DNA of 64,000 bases from contig DJVT01000014.1 of NCBI GenBank assembly GCA_002441305.1, forward strand, positions 178,791 to 242,790, read 5' to 3'. Shown here in pieces: positions 8,496 to 17,937 of this stretch (positions are counted from its first letter, which is position 1; every line of letters begins with the position of its first letter). Under the pieces are notes generated by a model that was given only the letters and a program-made list of their open reading frames with translations, ran no database searches and was not told where the DNA came from. This DNA is from Candidatus Omnitrophica bacterium UBA6249 (GTDB lineage Bacteria > Omnitrophota > Gorgyraeia > Gygaellales > Profunditerraquicolaceae). The translations under genes were made by a program, and so were the position numbers.

Positions 8496-8810
8496 TTAAA
8501 ACTTCTTGCCGTGCCTGTAAGGCCTGGTCTTGTTGTATTCGATCTTTTTCCGCAGGGCCTTATCCAAATCTATCTTCCGCGAACCGCAGTAATCGAATAT
8601 ACGTATACAGCAGTCCGCCAGCTCCTCGGCCAGATCGTCTTTTTTCCCCCTGTTACGCATCGCCTCCAGCGCTTCCGATAATTCCGAATGCATGAGCGCG
8701 ATAAGTTCTCCGTCATTGCGGGCTTCGTCCCACCAGCCCTTGCTTCTCGCCACACGGTGGCATTCCCGGATCAAATCCCTGATTGAAGACCCTTTACTCA
8801 GCATGCGCAT
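8496..8810 (-). CDS. MazG-like nucleotide pyrophosphohydrolase (small all-alpha NTP-PPase)
   Basis: Trimmed to MRMLSKG. HSELSEALEA...EELADCCIRIFD are EExxE/D-type metal-binding helices of the MazG-like superfamily. It overlaps the 3' end of the upstream lipoprotein gene. Confidence 0.6.
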   Translation of the reverse strand: MRMLSKGSSIRDLIRECHRVARSKGWWDEARNDGELIALMHSELSEALEAMRNRGKKDDLAEELADCCIRIFDYCGSRKIDLDKALRKKIEYNKTRPYRHGKKF

Positions 8811-9243
8811 CCCCCTCCCCGCGTTGTTTAAGCAATAAATCCATTCCCCCAAACACCCTATCGGCCATATACTCCCTGGCATAAGTGCTCGGACTCGAGA
8901 TTTCGATCAATGTATGGCCTTTACCGTCCTCGCTCAGGAATATGCCTGCCGGAGTGGTATCCGTCAAAGTCATATAAACGGCGATCATGCGCGTCTTCGT
9001 ATCTTCGGCATATATATAAGATTCCTTGTCTTTCTCCGCCAATATCTCCTTTATCATCCCGTAACAGGCGTCCGGGTCAACGGCAAAAGACTTTCTTATC
9101 GCGTTGCTGCGCCCTTCCTCCAGCACGCGGGTCGAAATACCGGCAAACCCCCTGGCCGCTTCTTTAAGCGTAGAACAGCCTGAAATAAGAACGGCGCACA
9201 GCAGGCACACCGCACCGCATATAGAATATTCCTTCTTGTTCAT
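8794..9243 (-). CDS. Putative lipoprotein, function unknown
   Basis: 149 aa with signal and lipobox CAVLISGCS. SD GGAGGGG upstream. Confidence 0.55.
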   Translation of the reverse strand: MNKKEYSICGAVCLLCAVLISGCSTLKEAARGFAGISTRVLEEGRSNAIRKSFAVDPDACYGMIKEILAEKDKESYIYAEDTKTRMIAVYMTLTDTTPAGIFLSEDGKGHTLIEISSPSTYAREYMADRVFGGMDLLLKQRGEGDAHAE

Positions 9244-9266
9244 ATCCCCTCCGTAGGCATATTATT

Positions 9267-11279
9267 TTATTCGTTTACCAGCTGCCAGATCTTGTCGAGT
9301 TTTTTTCTGGCCTCTTCCTCGCCGCGCCCGGCAAACTCGTCAGCACGGTGCAATTCCAACCAGAATAATCCCGAGGTATCAGGATGCAGCACTATATCCG
9401 CGAGCTCGCCCTCCCGCCTGGCGACCTCTGACTGCAGCACTTCTACGCTGCTGAATATAATATCGACAATATTGAGCTTAAAAAGGTTTTTGATGCCCCT
9501 GAGCCAGCCAAGCGGCTTCTTTTCCGATATGCTTGCCCTTTCTCCCGGGGCAATCCCTTCTTTAAGCTTAGCCACCTGCCTTAAGATATCTTCCCGGGAA
9601 GGAGTCACGTTTACGGCGATGATTTTCTTGACCCCCTCCTGAGCCAGTATCTCCGTAGGCAAAGGATTGGTCACTCCTCCGTCGAAAAGAACCTCCTCTT
9701 TGAATTTAAAGGGAGCGAAAACCCCCGGCATGGAACAGCTTGCCATTATCGCGTCAACCAGCGGCCCCTTGTCCAATATCCTCGGCTCTTTTCTGTGCAC
9801 ATCGCTGGCGATTATTTTGAGCGGGAGCCTGACGTCATAAAAGGTCTTATCCCCCAGGTGCTTTTTCAGGAAGCGGCGCAGCTTATTCCCTTTGATAAAA
9901 CCCAGGCGGGGAAAAGTTATGTCGATCAGACCCCATATGTGTTTCGGTTCCCTGAATTCCCGGGTGATCTCCAATATCTCCTGGCTGCTTTTACCGATCG
10001 CCCAAAGGCTGGCTATAAGCGAGCCTATGCTGGATCCCGCGATTATGTCTACCGGGATCTTTTCTTCCTCGATAACCTTCAATACTCCTATATGGCAAAA
10101 ACCGTAAGCCACCCCTACCCCTAAAACAAGACCGACCAAACAGTCCCCCAGCTGGCGGGATATCCTTCTGATCGCCTTGGAATATTCACAATCCGGCTTA
10201 TCGATAACCAGCCTCTCTCCCGCTCCGAATTCCACCCTCGGGATAGTGGCGAATATATCCTGGCCCAAAACATCGAGCTGCCCGCTATAATCCATCTTTG
10301 CTAATTTATACTCATTGACAATGACTTTTATCTTCTGCGGGTCAAAATCAAAATCGCCCTTCAACCTGCCGATAAGATTGTTCGTACGTTTTAAATCAAG
10401 AGGGTCAGGGCTGCTTAAAACATGGATCACGTCGGATTGGTTCAGGATGCTGATGATCGACCGGTCCATAACCGCCGGTAAATCCAGGATGATGTAATGA
10501 TAATCATTGACCATCAGGCTCAGTATCTCGACCAGCCTTTTCAAGCAGGAATCGTTGTTATCCTGGTAATAAAAACAGCACAGGTCTATGCCGAACCGGC
10601 TCTTTGAGATATATTCCTGCGGCAGGGTATATATTCCTTCCGAGGAGGCGAGGTCGAATATGCGCGGCTGGTCCAGATCCAGCTTGTGCGGCAGAGTAGG
10701 AATCTTATCCTGCGGCAAAATATCCAGTACGATAACTGATTTATGCGTTTCCTGCCGCAGGCTGAGGCCCATGTTCAAGGCGTAAACCGTCTTCCCGGCC
10801 TGGGAATAAGAACTGAATACGGAAACCACCGTACTTTCGAATATACTCTTCTGGTGCAGGTCTTTGCGTTTGAGCCTGCGGCTTAAGGTACGGCTCAAAT
10901 CTATGGCCAGACGGGGTATGCTTTTAAGCATAAAATCAAAATCTTCTTTGTCGATTACCAAAACCGCGCAGTCATTCAAAGCCCGGCTGGTTACTGAATG
11001 CGGTTCGTTGGTAAGCAGGGAGATTATCCCGAAGTATTTCCCGCGGTGCAAATACTCCAGTATCAAGCATTTCCCCGGGCTGCCTTCGGTATAAATCTCG
11101 ACTCTTCCGGAAACAATGCAGTAAAAAGCGCTCGGCCCCGACCCCTCCTCGTAAATTACCTGCCCTTTACGGTATTCAACAATACGCGATCTTCCGGATA
11201 TTGTCTTCAGCTCATCTGCGCTGAGCCCCAAGAAGAAAGGAAGGTCCTGGATAATTGATTCCTTATCTTTATTCCCCAT
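9267..11279 (-). CDS. Cyclic-nucleotide-binding / MinD-ParA-like / patatin-like phospholipase fusion protein
   Basis: The N-terminus has a CAP-type cNMP domain. The middle is a P-loop fold with a degenerate deviant Walker A (VFSSYSQAGKT) and YIILDLP. The C-terminus is patatin, with GVGVAYG, the GSSIG nucleophile and the FDGG Asp. The preferred start ATG at 11277-11279 overlaps the GH1 stop (TGATG). An alternative start lies at 11300. Confidence 0.8.
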   Translation of the reverse strand: MGNKDKESIIQDLPFFLGLSADELKTISGRSRIVEYRKGQVIYEEGSGPSAFYCIVSGRVEIYTEGSPGKCLILEYLHRGKYFGIISLLTNEPHSVTSRALNDCAVLVIDKEDFDFMLKSIPRLAIDLSRTLSRRLKRKDLHQKSIFESTVVSVFSSYSQAGKTVYALNMGLSLRQETHKSVIVLDILPQDKIPTLPHKLDLDQPRIFDLASSEGIYTLPQEYISKSRFGIDLCCFYYQDNNDSCLKRLVEILSLMVNDYHYIILDLPAVMDRSIISILNQSDVIHVLSSPDPLDLKRTNNLIGRLKGDFDFDPQKIKVIVNEYKLAKMDYSGQLDVLGQDIFATIPRVEFGAGERLVIDKPDCEYSKAIRRISRQLGDCLVGLVLGVGVAYGFCHIGVLKVIEEEKIPVDIIAGSSIGSLIASLWAIGKSSQEILEITREFREPKHIWGLIDITFPRLGFIKGNKLRRFLKKHLGDKTFYDVRLPLKIIASDVHRKEPRILDKGPLVDAIMASCSMPGVFAPFKFKEEVLFDGGVTNPLPTEILAQEGVKKIIAVNVTPSREDILRQVAKLKEGIAPGERASISEKKPLGWLRGIKNLFKLNIVDIIFSSVEVLQSEVARREGELADIVLHPDTSGLFWLELHRADEFAGRGEEEARKKLDKIWQLVNE

Positions 11280-12496
11280 CAAATCGAGCCATTCCTGCAA
11301 ACCTGTGCCATTTTCCTCGCGCTTTCCCTGACCGTACGCTTCTGGGTGTTGTAATCCACATGCACGAGGCCGAAACGCGGGCTGAACCCTTCAGCCCATT
11401 CAAAATTGTCTATCAGCGACCAATAAATATACCCGAGCAGTCCGGCGCCGTCATGCATTGCCCTGTGCGCCTGCAAAAGATGGCTGGATATATACTCCCA
11501 CCTCAAGCTGTCGTCTTCGGTGCATATCCCGTTTTCGGTAATCAAAAGCGGCAACTTGTACCTTTTAAGCGAAATAAGGAGCTTGTATAACCCCTCCGGG
11601 TATATGTCCCATCCCAGAGAATTCTTTTTCAAAGGGAGATGCCCGTTTTGACAGGTATCCAGCAGAAGATGCTGTATTCCCCAGCCTCCCGCGTCCGCCA
11701 GGTTCCTGCTGTAATAATTCACTCCTATATAATCCAGGGCCTTATCGCGAAGGAGCAATTCGATAAAATAAAGGTTGTACAGCTTATGCCTCAGGAAAAC
11801 CGATATCCTGTTCCTTAATGTATTCCGGCAATACTCGAAAGCCTGCAGGTTGGCGGCGATGCCCACCATGGGCCGGTCAAGCTTTTTCTCCTTATAAACC
11901 TTATGGATAGCGCGGTATAGATCCGAATGGGCGCGCGCCATATTGAAAGTTACCTGGAGGGTTTTCAAAACGGATTTTTCCTTGGGCGGCCAAACGCCAA
12001 GCAGGTAAGAATGAGAGGAGTATACCAGCGGCTCGTTTATAGTTATCCAGAATCTTACCAGAGGGGCAAATTCCGCCGCCATCTTTTCCGCAAAACGCAG
12101 GAAGTATTTCAAACAACTGCGCTTAGTCCACCCTCCCAACCGGCTGAACCAAAGCGGATTGGTAAAATGATGCAAAGTGACCACCGGTTCCATGCCCAGC
12201 TTTTTAAGCTCCAGGATAACGCTGCGGTAATGCTCTATCTCCTCTTCCCGGAAAATACCCTCTTCCGGCTCGATGCGGCTCCATTCTATGGAAAAACGGT
12301 GGCAATTATGGCCCAGTTCCCCGGCTATGGCAAAATCCCGGGGGTAAAGCTCATAGTGACGGCAGGCTTCTCCCGAAGGTTCTTTCAAGGCCCCCTTCTG
12401 TTCCGCAGACCACCAGTCATTATAGATATTCCCCCCTTCGACCTGATGGGCGGAAGTAGCGGCACCCCAAAGAAATTTTTTCGGGAATTCATTCAT
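11279..12496 (-). CDS. Glycoside hydrolase family 1 (beta-glucosidase-like)
   Basis: 405 aa. FLWGAATSAHQVEGG, the TINEP acid/base motif and the ITENG nucleophile motif. Confidence 0.9.
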   Translation of the reverse strand: MNEFPKKFLWGAATSAHQVEGGNIYNDWWSAEQKGALKEPSGEACRHYELYPRDFAIAGELGHNCHRFSIEWSRIEPEEGIFREEEIEHYRSVILELKKLGMEPVVTLHHFTNPLWFSRLGGWTKRSCLKYFLRFAEKMAAEFAPLVRFWITINEPLVYSSHSYLLGVWPPKEKSVLKTLQVTFNMARAHSDLYRAIHKVYKEKKLDRPMVGIAANLQAFEYCRNTLRNRISVFLRHKLYNLYFIELLLRDKALDYIGVNYYSRNLADAGGWGIQHLLLDTCQNGHLPLKKNSLGWDIYPEGLYKLLISLKRYKLPLLITENGICTEDDSLRWEYISSHLLQAHRAMHDGAGLLGYIYWSLIDNFEWAEGFSPRFGLVHVDYNTQKRTVRESARKMAQVCRNGSI

Positions 12497-12521
12497 ATCG
12501 CTTTATTATATCACTGCAAAA

Positions 12522-12558
12522 AAAGAATCCCAACATAAATTGTCGGGATTCTTTTTTA
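12522..12558. terminator. Bidirectional hairpin terminator
   Basis: AGAATCCCAACA / TGTCGGGATTCT stem with one mismatch, flanked by an A-run (left) and a T-run (right). It lies between the lipoprotein gene end and the GH1 start. Confidence 0.65.
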
Positions 12559-12574
12559 TTTTTCCGTCTTAAAG

Positions 12575-13015
12575 TTATCTCTTGTCGCTCGAAGAAGAAA
12601 TATTCAAATACCTGCCCAATGCCTCCCAGGTTTTAGACCCTACTTTGCCGTCGACCTTCAAACCGTTCGCGCTCTGGAAATCTTCGATAGCCTTTTTGCT
12701 TTTGGGCCCGATCTTGCCGTCGATAGATGCAGAATAATAACCGGCGTTCTTCAAAGCGGTCTGGATTTCCGTATTGGTAGGTTTATATGGGCCCTGGGGA
12801 GGCAGGGGGACCAGGTCTTTAGCCGAACCTGCGGGCTGAGAAACTGCCTGAGCTGCGCTTTCCTGGGGTACTGCCTGGTAAGAGTCATCAGCGGTAGTGG
12901 CGCTCAATGACTCCAAAGTTATCGGCTCCAGCTCCTCCACCTCCTGCTTCTTGGAACAACCGGACAGTGCCGCAAAAACAGCAACCAGCGCCGCAAAAAC
13001 GAATATCTTTTTCAT
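12575..13015 (-). CDS. Lipoprotein with a C-terminal peptidoglycan-binding domain
   Basis: Signal and lipobox FAALSGCS. The C-terminal GYYSASIDGKIGPKSKKAIEDFQSANGLKVDGKVGSKTWEAL matches the PG_binding_1 pattern. Confidence 0.75.
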   Translation of the reverse strand: MKKIFVFAALVAVFAALSGCSKKQEVEELEPITLESLSATTADDSYQAVPQESAAQAVSQPAGSAKDLVPLPPQGPYKPTNTEIQTALKNAGYYSASIDGKIGPKSKKAIEDFQSANGLKVDGKVGSKTWEALGRYLNISSSSDKR

Positions 13016-13143
13016 CTTATTTCTCCTCTCTAGGATTTATTTGATTTTATCATAACGCTTTCTTATGCCCCATTTTAACAAAACACGGCGAGAAATCAAA
13101 CAAAATCTGCCTTTCATAAAAAACCCTTACCGGATCCCCCCGC

Positions 13144-13596
13144 TCAAGGCGCGGCACTGAGCCTCTGCCTGACAAGCTCGCTGACCGTCTTCCCGTCCGC
13201 CCTCCCGGCAATCTTGACCGTAAGCTCCTTCATAACGCGCCCCATATCCTTCATGCCCGCGGCGCCTGTGGAGGCCACCGCCTCTTCGATTAAAGCCTTG
13301 ATCTGGTCAACCGGCATCTCCGGAGGAAGGTACGCTTCCAGGATTTTTAATTCACGGGACTCCTTATCCGCCATCTCGGCTCTCCCGCCCTTGGTAAACT
13401 GCTCGATAGAATCCTGGCGCTGTTTTATCTGTTTTTTAATAACCGCGGCGATTTCCTGGTCGTCAAGCTTATCCTTCTTTTTGGCGGTAGCCTGGTTAAG
13501 CATATCCGCCCTCAGGAAGCTCAATACAGAACTTTTTAAAGTATCCCTGGCCTTCATCGCCTGCTTATAATCCTCGTGGATCTTATCTCCCAGCAT
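13144..13596 (-). CDS. yqeY: GatB/YqeY domain protein
   Basis: 150 aa. The full-length pattern (KQAMKARD..., EILEAYLP, MGRVMKEL) is typical of YqeY. Confidence 0.85.
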   Translation of the reverse strand: MLGDKIHEDYKQAMKARDTLKSSVLSFLRADMLNQATAKKKDKLDDQEIAAVIKKQIKQRQDSIEQFTKGGRAEMADKESRELKILEAYLPPEMPVDQIKALIEEAVASTGAAGMKDMGRVMKELTVKIAGRADGKTVSELVRQRLSAAP

Positions 13597-13629
13597 CTCT
13601 ATCCTCCTCCCGTCGGTAAACGGTTTAAT

Positions 13630-14529
13630 TCATAATGAAAAACAGCTCTTGAATTTACCCAGGCGATTTTCCAAATCGGGAAGCCTCAAGGCGCTGCTCC
13701 TCTCCACCCCGAATCCTTCGATATTGAAAGACGCCGCTACCGTGCCGTAAGCCAGGGCCTTTTTTAAAACCGGCCGGCTGACCCTCCGCGCCCTGGACAG
13801 ATACCCCATAAAACCTCCCGCAAAAGTATCCCCGGCCCCGGTAGGATCAACCACTTTTTCTACTGGATAAGCGGGAAGCGAAAGAACAAAATCATCCCCC
13901 TGGAAAAACACCCCATTCTCCCCCTTCTTGATCAAAACCATTCTTGCCCCGTAGCCTCTTAAGGCTCTGGCTGCTTTAAAAAGGTTATTTTCTCCGCTTA
14001 ATTCACGCGCCTCCTGGTCATTGGCAACATATATATCCACGCGCTTGAGAAGTTTAAGCAGTTTGCCTTTTTTACAGTCAATCCAATAATTCATACTGTC
14101 CAAAGCAACCAGTTGCGGAGAACGCATTTTATCCAGAAGATACCCCTGGATATCCGGATCGACATTGGCCAAAAAAACATTTCTTGTTCTTGCCTGTCCG
14201 GAAGATAACGCCGGCTTGAATTCCGCCAACACTCCCAAATCCGTCCGCAGCGTAAGAGCTGTATTTAAATCCCCCTCATATTCCCCCCGCCACCTGAAAG
14301 TCTCCCCTTCCCCCACGGAAAGCGAAGCAAGATCCAGCCCTTTGCGTTTCAGAAAAGAGGTGTGCTGCGGCGGAAAATCCCTGCCTATCACGGCAACTAA
14401 TCCCACCCTGGTAAAAAGGCGGGCGGCCATCGAGAAATGCACTGCCGACCCCCCGAGCAGTTCATTGCGCCTGCCGGAAGGAGTGGTTACGCCATCTAAA
14501 GCTACGGTACCCAAGACGATTATGCTCAT
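13630..14529 (-). CDS. PfkB-family carbohydrate kinase
   Basis: Trimmed to MSIIVLGTVALD, with an ATGA overlap with the uppP stop. Carries the DPTGAGDTFAGGF motif. Confidence 0.85.
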   Translation of the reverse strand: MSIIVLGTVALDGVTTPSGRRNELLGGSAVHFSMAARLFTRVGLVAVIGRDFPPQHTSFLKRKGLDLASLSVGEGETFRWRGEYEGDLNTALTLRTDLGVLAEFKPALSSGQARTRNVFLANVDPDIQGYLLDKMRSPQLVALDSMNYWIDCKKGKLLKLLKRVDIYVANDQEARELSGENNLFKAARALRGYGARMVLIKKGENGVFFQGDDFVLSLPAYPVEKVVDPTGAGDTFAGGFMGYLSRARRVSRPVLKKALAYGTVAASFNIEGFGVERSSALRLPDLENRLGKFKSCFSL

Positions 14530-15269
14530 CGTATGAAAATTAAAGTCAATACAGAAACAAACAAACAATAATACCCAAAATAATGGAAGCGCGCCTTGTT
14601 TATAACCATGCGCAGGAACGATAAGGCAGCTAACCCGGTCAAAAGGCTAAAAAAGAAACCCGCGGTCAAATGCCCAAGATCCCCCGCATTCAGGCCGTTG
14701 ATCTTTCCCGCCTCCAGAGCCGCAGCAGCGAGTATTAAAGGTATGGAGACTAAGAACGAAAAGGTGAACGCCTCCTTAGGGTCTATTTTCCTCAGCAACA
14801 AAGCGGATATCGTTATCCCGGAACGGGAAACCCCGGGGATAATCGCAAGGCTCTGGACCAGCCCGAGAAAACAAGCGTCCTTTACTCCCGGGGTGCGCCT
14901 GCCGGAAGAACTCGCTTTCCCGGCAAAGATCAATATCAGCCCCGTAAAAAACCAGGCCGCCCCGACCACCCTTACCGAACAGAAGGCCCTCTCGAAGAAA
15001 TCTTTGGCAGATATGCCGATAATTCCGGTTATCGCCGAAGCAACAAGGACCAGCCCGAGCATGCGCGGGTTCCTGAACAACCCAAGGATATCTTTCCTGA
15101 AAAAAATCACTACCGCCAACAAAGTCCCCAGGTGCAAAACAACGGATACGGTTACCTTATCGGACGTAACCCCGAGGAGATTTTGCAGAATCACCAGGTG
15201 GCCTGAGGAACTGACCGGAAGGAACTCGGTCAATCCCTGAATTATACCCAGGAATATATATTCAATCAT
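14526..15269 (-). CDS. uppP: Undecaprenyl-diphosphate phosphatase
   Basis: 247 aa polytopic protein with the GLTEFLPVSSSGHL motif of the BacA/UppP family. Confidence 0.9.
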   Translation of the reverse strand: MIEYIFLGIIQGLTEFLPVSSSGHLVILQNLLGVTSDKVTVSVVLHLGTLLAVVIFFRKDILGLFRNPRMLGLVLVASAITGIIGISAKDFFERAFCSVRVVGAAWFFTGLILIFAGKASSSGRRTPGVKDACFLGLVQSLAIIPGVSRSGITISALLLRKIDPKEAFTFSFLVSIPLILAAAALEAGKINGLNAGDLGHLTAGFFFSLLTGLAALSFLRMVINKARFHYFGYYCLFVSVLTLIFIR

Positions 15270-15888
15270 GCTTGAAAAGAAAATCCTCGAGCCATCGTTC
15301 CAGGGAAATATCGAACTCCATATTCTTACCGGTTACCGGATGCCTGAAACAAAGAGCCTTTGCCTGCAGGCATAGGCGCTTGGAACGCAAGGCAAAATCC
15401 CTGCGAAAAATAAACCTGTCTTCCCCCACCAGGGGATGCCCGATGTTTTTAAAATGCAGGCGTATCTGGTTAGTCCTTCCGGTGAGAGGATAAGCCTCCA
15501 CAACGCTATAACTGCTTTTTTCCCGGATAACCTTATAACGCGTACAGGCGCGTTTGCCCCCGACTAAAGAATCGATCTCTCCATTATGATGCTTCAGGCT
15601 GCCGTGCACAAAGGCGATATATTTCTTATGCACCTTCCTGGCGCGAAACATATCCGCCATCTTGCGCTCGATGTCCCTGCCCTTGGCATAAATTATAAGC
15701 CCGCAAGTCTCCCTGTCCAATCTGTGGCAGGGGTAAAGCCTGCACCCTGTCCCGTTCTCCGCGGCATAGCGGTTCAATATTCCGGTCAAGGTCCTGGATT
15801 CCCTCCCCGGGGCGGGAACGCTTAAAAGCCCGGCTGGCTTATCCGCCACCAGCAACCAATCATCTTCATAAATAATCGGGATATTCAT
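15262..15888 (-). CDS. RluA-family pseudouridine synthase
   Basis: 208 aa with the HRLDRETCGLIIYAK catalytic-Asp motif. Confidence 0.85.
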   Translation of the reverse strand: MNIPIIYEDDWLLVADKPAGLLSVPAPGRESRTLTGILNRYAAENGTGCRLYPCHRLDRETCGLIIYAKGRDIERKMADMFRARKVHKKYIAFVHGSLKHHNGEIDSLVGGKRACTRYKVIREKSSYSVVEAYPLTGRTNQIRLHFKNIGHPLVGEDRFIFRRDFALRSKRLCLQAKALCFRHPVTGKNMEFDISLERWLEDFLFKHD

Positions 15889-15943
15889 CCGCGCACCCCT
15901 TCTGGCAGCCCTTCCCGTACGCAGAACCTGGCTTATTGCAGCC

Positions 15944-16861
15944 TTACACTATAGAGAGCATGCGTTCTATCGCCAGCCTGGCTTTTTCCCGGATTTCATC
16001 CGGGACCTTTACCTCGTCCTTAAGTTCCTCAAGCGCCCAAAGCACCTTTTCCTGGGTAGTGCGTTTCATATTGGGGCACACCGCGCGTTCGCTCGCAGGA
16101 TAAAATTCTTTATCCGGATTATCTTTTTTAAGACGGTATACCATGCCGGACTCGGTGCCTACGATAAACTCCTTAGCCGGGTTTTCCTTGGCATATTTTC
16201 CCATCTGGCTGGTAGAAAGCACCGCGTCCGCCAAAGAAACCACGCTCGACAGGCATTCGGGATGCACCATGACCTTGGCCTTAGGATGGAATTTCTTCTC
16301 TTTTTTCAAGTCCTCAGGCAGTATCTTCACATGCGTGGGACAGAATCCATGCCAGCTGATCAGCTTTTTCCCGCTTTTCTTCGATACATAATCCGCCAGG
16401 TATTTATCCGGAATAAAAATAATATCCTTCTTGTCCCCCAATGCGTTAATTACGGATACCGCATTGGTAGACGTACAGCAATAATCCAGCTCCGCCTTGA
16501 CCGCAGCCGAAGTATTCACATATCCTACCGCTACGGCATCGGGATATTTGCGCTTAAGCTGCTTCAAGTCCTCTGCGGTCATCATATTCGCCATAGGGCA
16601 TCCGGCAGAAGTATCCGGCATAATCACTTTCTTTTCGGGGGAAAGAATCGATGCCGTCTCCGCCATGAAATAAACCCCGCAAAAGACGATTACGTCGGCG
16701 TCCGTCTTGGCGGCAATACGCGAAAGCTCGAGAGAATCGCCGCGGAAATCAGCAATATCCTGCACCTCCGCAAGCTGATAATTATGCGCCAGGATTATGG
16801 CATTGCGCTTTTTCTTCAAATCCTTGATTTTCCTTACTAACTCCTTGTCTTCTTTAATCAT
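15944..16861 (-). CDS. nadA: Quinolinate synthase
   Basis: 305 aa. ILAHNYQ, VYFMAET and VHPEC motifs. Confidence 0.9.
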   Translation of the reverse strand: MIKEDKELVRKIKDLKKKRNAIILAHNYQLAEVQDIADFRGDSLELSRIAAKTDADVIVFCGVYFMAETASILSPEKKVIMPDTSAGCPMANMMTAEDLKQLKRKYPDAVAVGYVNTSAAVKAELDYCCTSTNAVSVINALGDKKDIIFIPDKYLADYVSKKSGKKLISWHGFCPTHVKILPEDLKKEKKFHPKAKVMVHPECLSSVVSLADAVLSTSQMGKYAKENPAKEFIVGTESGMVYRLKKDNPDKEFYPASERAVCPNMKRTTQEKVLWALEELKDEVKVPDEIREKARLAIERMLSIV

Positions 16862-16863
16862 TT

Positions 16864-17931
16864 TTACCCCAGAACTTTCTCTATAATTCCCCCGCCCAAA
16901 ACCTTATCCCCGCGGTAAAAAACGGCGGATTGGCCGGGAGTAACCGCAAACTGCGGGTTCTTAAAACGAATTTTCAGTTTACTTTTGACCGGATAAGCTT
17001 CGGCAAGGGATTCTTTATGATTATAGCGTATCTTGACGCCAATCTCAACCTTCTTTTTAAACGGCTGGCCCGGGAAACACGGGTCTTTCACGGTAAACTC
17101 CTTTTTCAGGGCTTCACGGCGAGGCCCGGCAACGACAATATTCCTTTTGGGATCTATGCGGGTGACATAAAGAGGATACCCCCTGGCTACACCCAAACCC
17201 TGACGCTGGCCTATGGTATAAAAAGCTACCCCCCGGTGCTCCCCCAGGACATTGCCATCTTTATCAACCAGATGGCCCGGGTTGACCCTGCCGGGATATC
17301 TTCCGTTTACCAGCCCGGCGTACCCTTCGGGAGGAAGAAAACATACCTCCTGGCTGTCCTGTTTATCGGCCACGCCAAGTCCCAGATCAACAGCCATCTT
17401 CCTTACCTGTTGTTTATTATAAATTCCCAGCGGGAAAATAATTTTTTTCAACTGCCACTGGCGCAGTCGGTAGAGAAAATATGACTGGTCCTTAAGATGG
17501 TCCCTGCCCTTGCCGAGAATAAGCCCCTGCGGAGTCTTTATGATCCTGGCGTAATGGCCGGTGGCCAAGAAATCCCCGCCCAGGCAAAATGCCCTCCTGA
17601 GAAGACTGTCGAATTTTATGAACTGGTTGCACCTTACGCAAGGATTGGGCGTCCTGCCCAGGATATACTCTTTAAAGAAATTATCCACTACTTTACGGGA
17701 AAATTCCCTGTCCAGGTTTATGACATAATGGGGAATCCCGAGTTTATGGGCTACGCGCCGGGCGTCCTCCAGCCCGGAAAGGCCGCAACAGGAAGGCTTG
17801 CCCCCCTCCTTTTCAGCCAGGTTAAAACACATGGTTAACCCGACCACCTCATGCCCTTCCTTCAGCAAGAGCGCGGCGGCTACGGATGAATCCACTCCTC
17901 CGCTCATGGCCACAAAAACTTTTTTACTCAT
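16864..17931 (-). CDS. mnmA: tRNA 2-thiouridine(34) synthase
   Basis: 355 aa. N-terminal PP-loop VAMSGGVDSSVAA and the RCNQFIKF region. Confidence 0.9.
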   Translation of the reverse strand: MSKKVFVAMSGGVDSSVAAALLLKEGHEVVGLTMCFNLAEKEGGKPSCCGLSGLEDARRVAHKLGIPHYVINLDREFSRKVVDNFFKEYILGRTPNPCVRCNQFIKFDSLLRRAFCLGGDFLATGHYARIIKTPQGLILGKGRDHLKDQSYFLYRLRQWQLKKIIFPLGIYNKQQVRKMAVDLGLGVADKQDSQEVCFLPPEGYAGLVNGRYPGRVNPGHLVDKDGNVLGEHRGVAFYTIGQRQGLGVARGYPLYVTRIDPKRNIVVAGPRREALKKEFTVKDPCFPGQPFKKKVEIGVKIRYNHKESLAEAYPVKSKLKIRFKNPQFAVTPGQSAVFYRGDKVLGGGIIEKVLG

Positions 17932-17937
17932 TTTTTT

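Noticed and set aside
7986-8681. 231-aa plus-strand ORF spanning the NSS, PC4-like and MazG-like region
   Set aside because: It crosses three independently supported minus-strand genes and their intergenic spacers, and the sequence is Pro/Arg-rich and low in complexity.
9267-11300. cNMP-patatin protein as a CBASS or Pycsar effector
   Set aside because: No CD-NTase, pyrimidine cyclase or other defence-system partner is adjacent. The upstream partner is a GH1 glycosidase. The idea is kept only as a remote analogy and not claimed.
16262-17484. 192-aa and 184-aa plus-strand ORFs over nadA and mnmA
   Set aside because: They are shadow ORFs antisense to conserved housekeeping genes.
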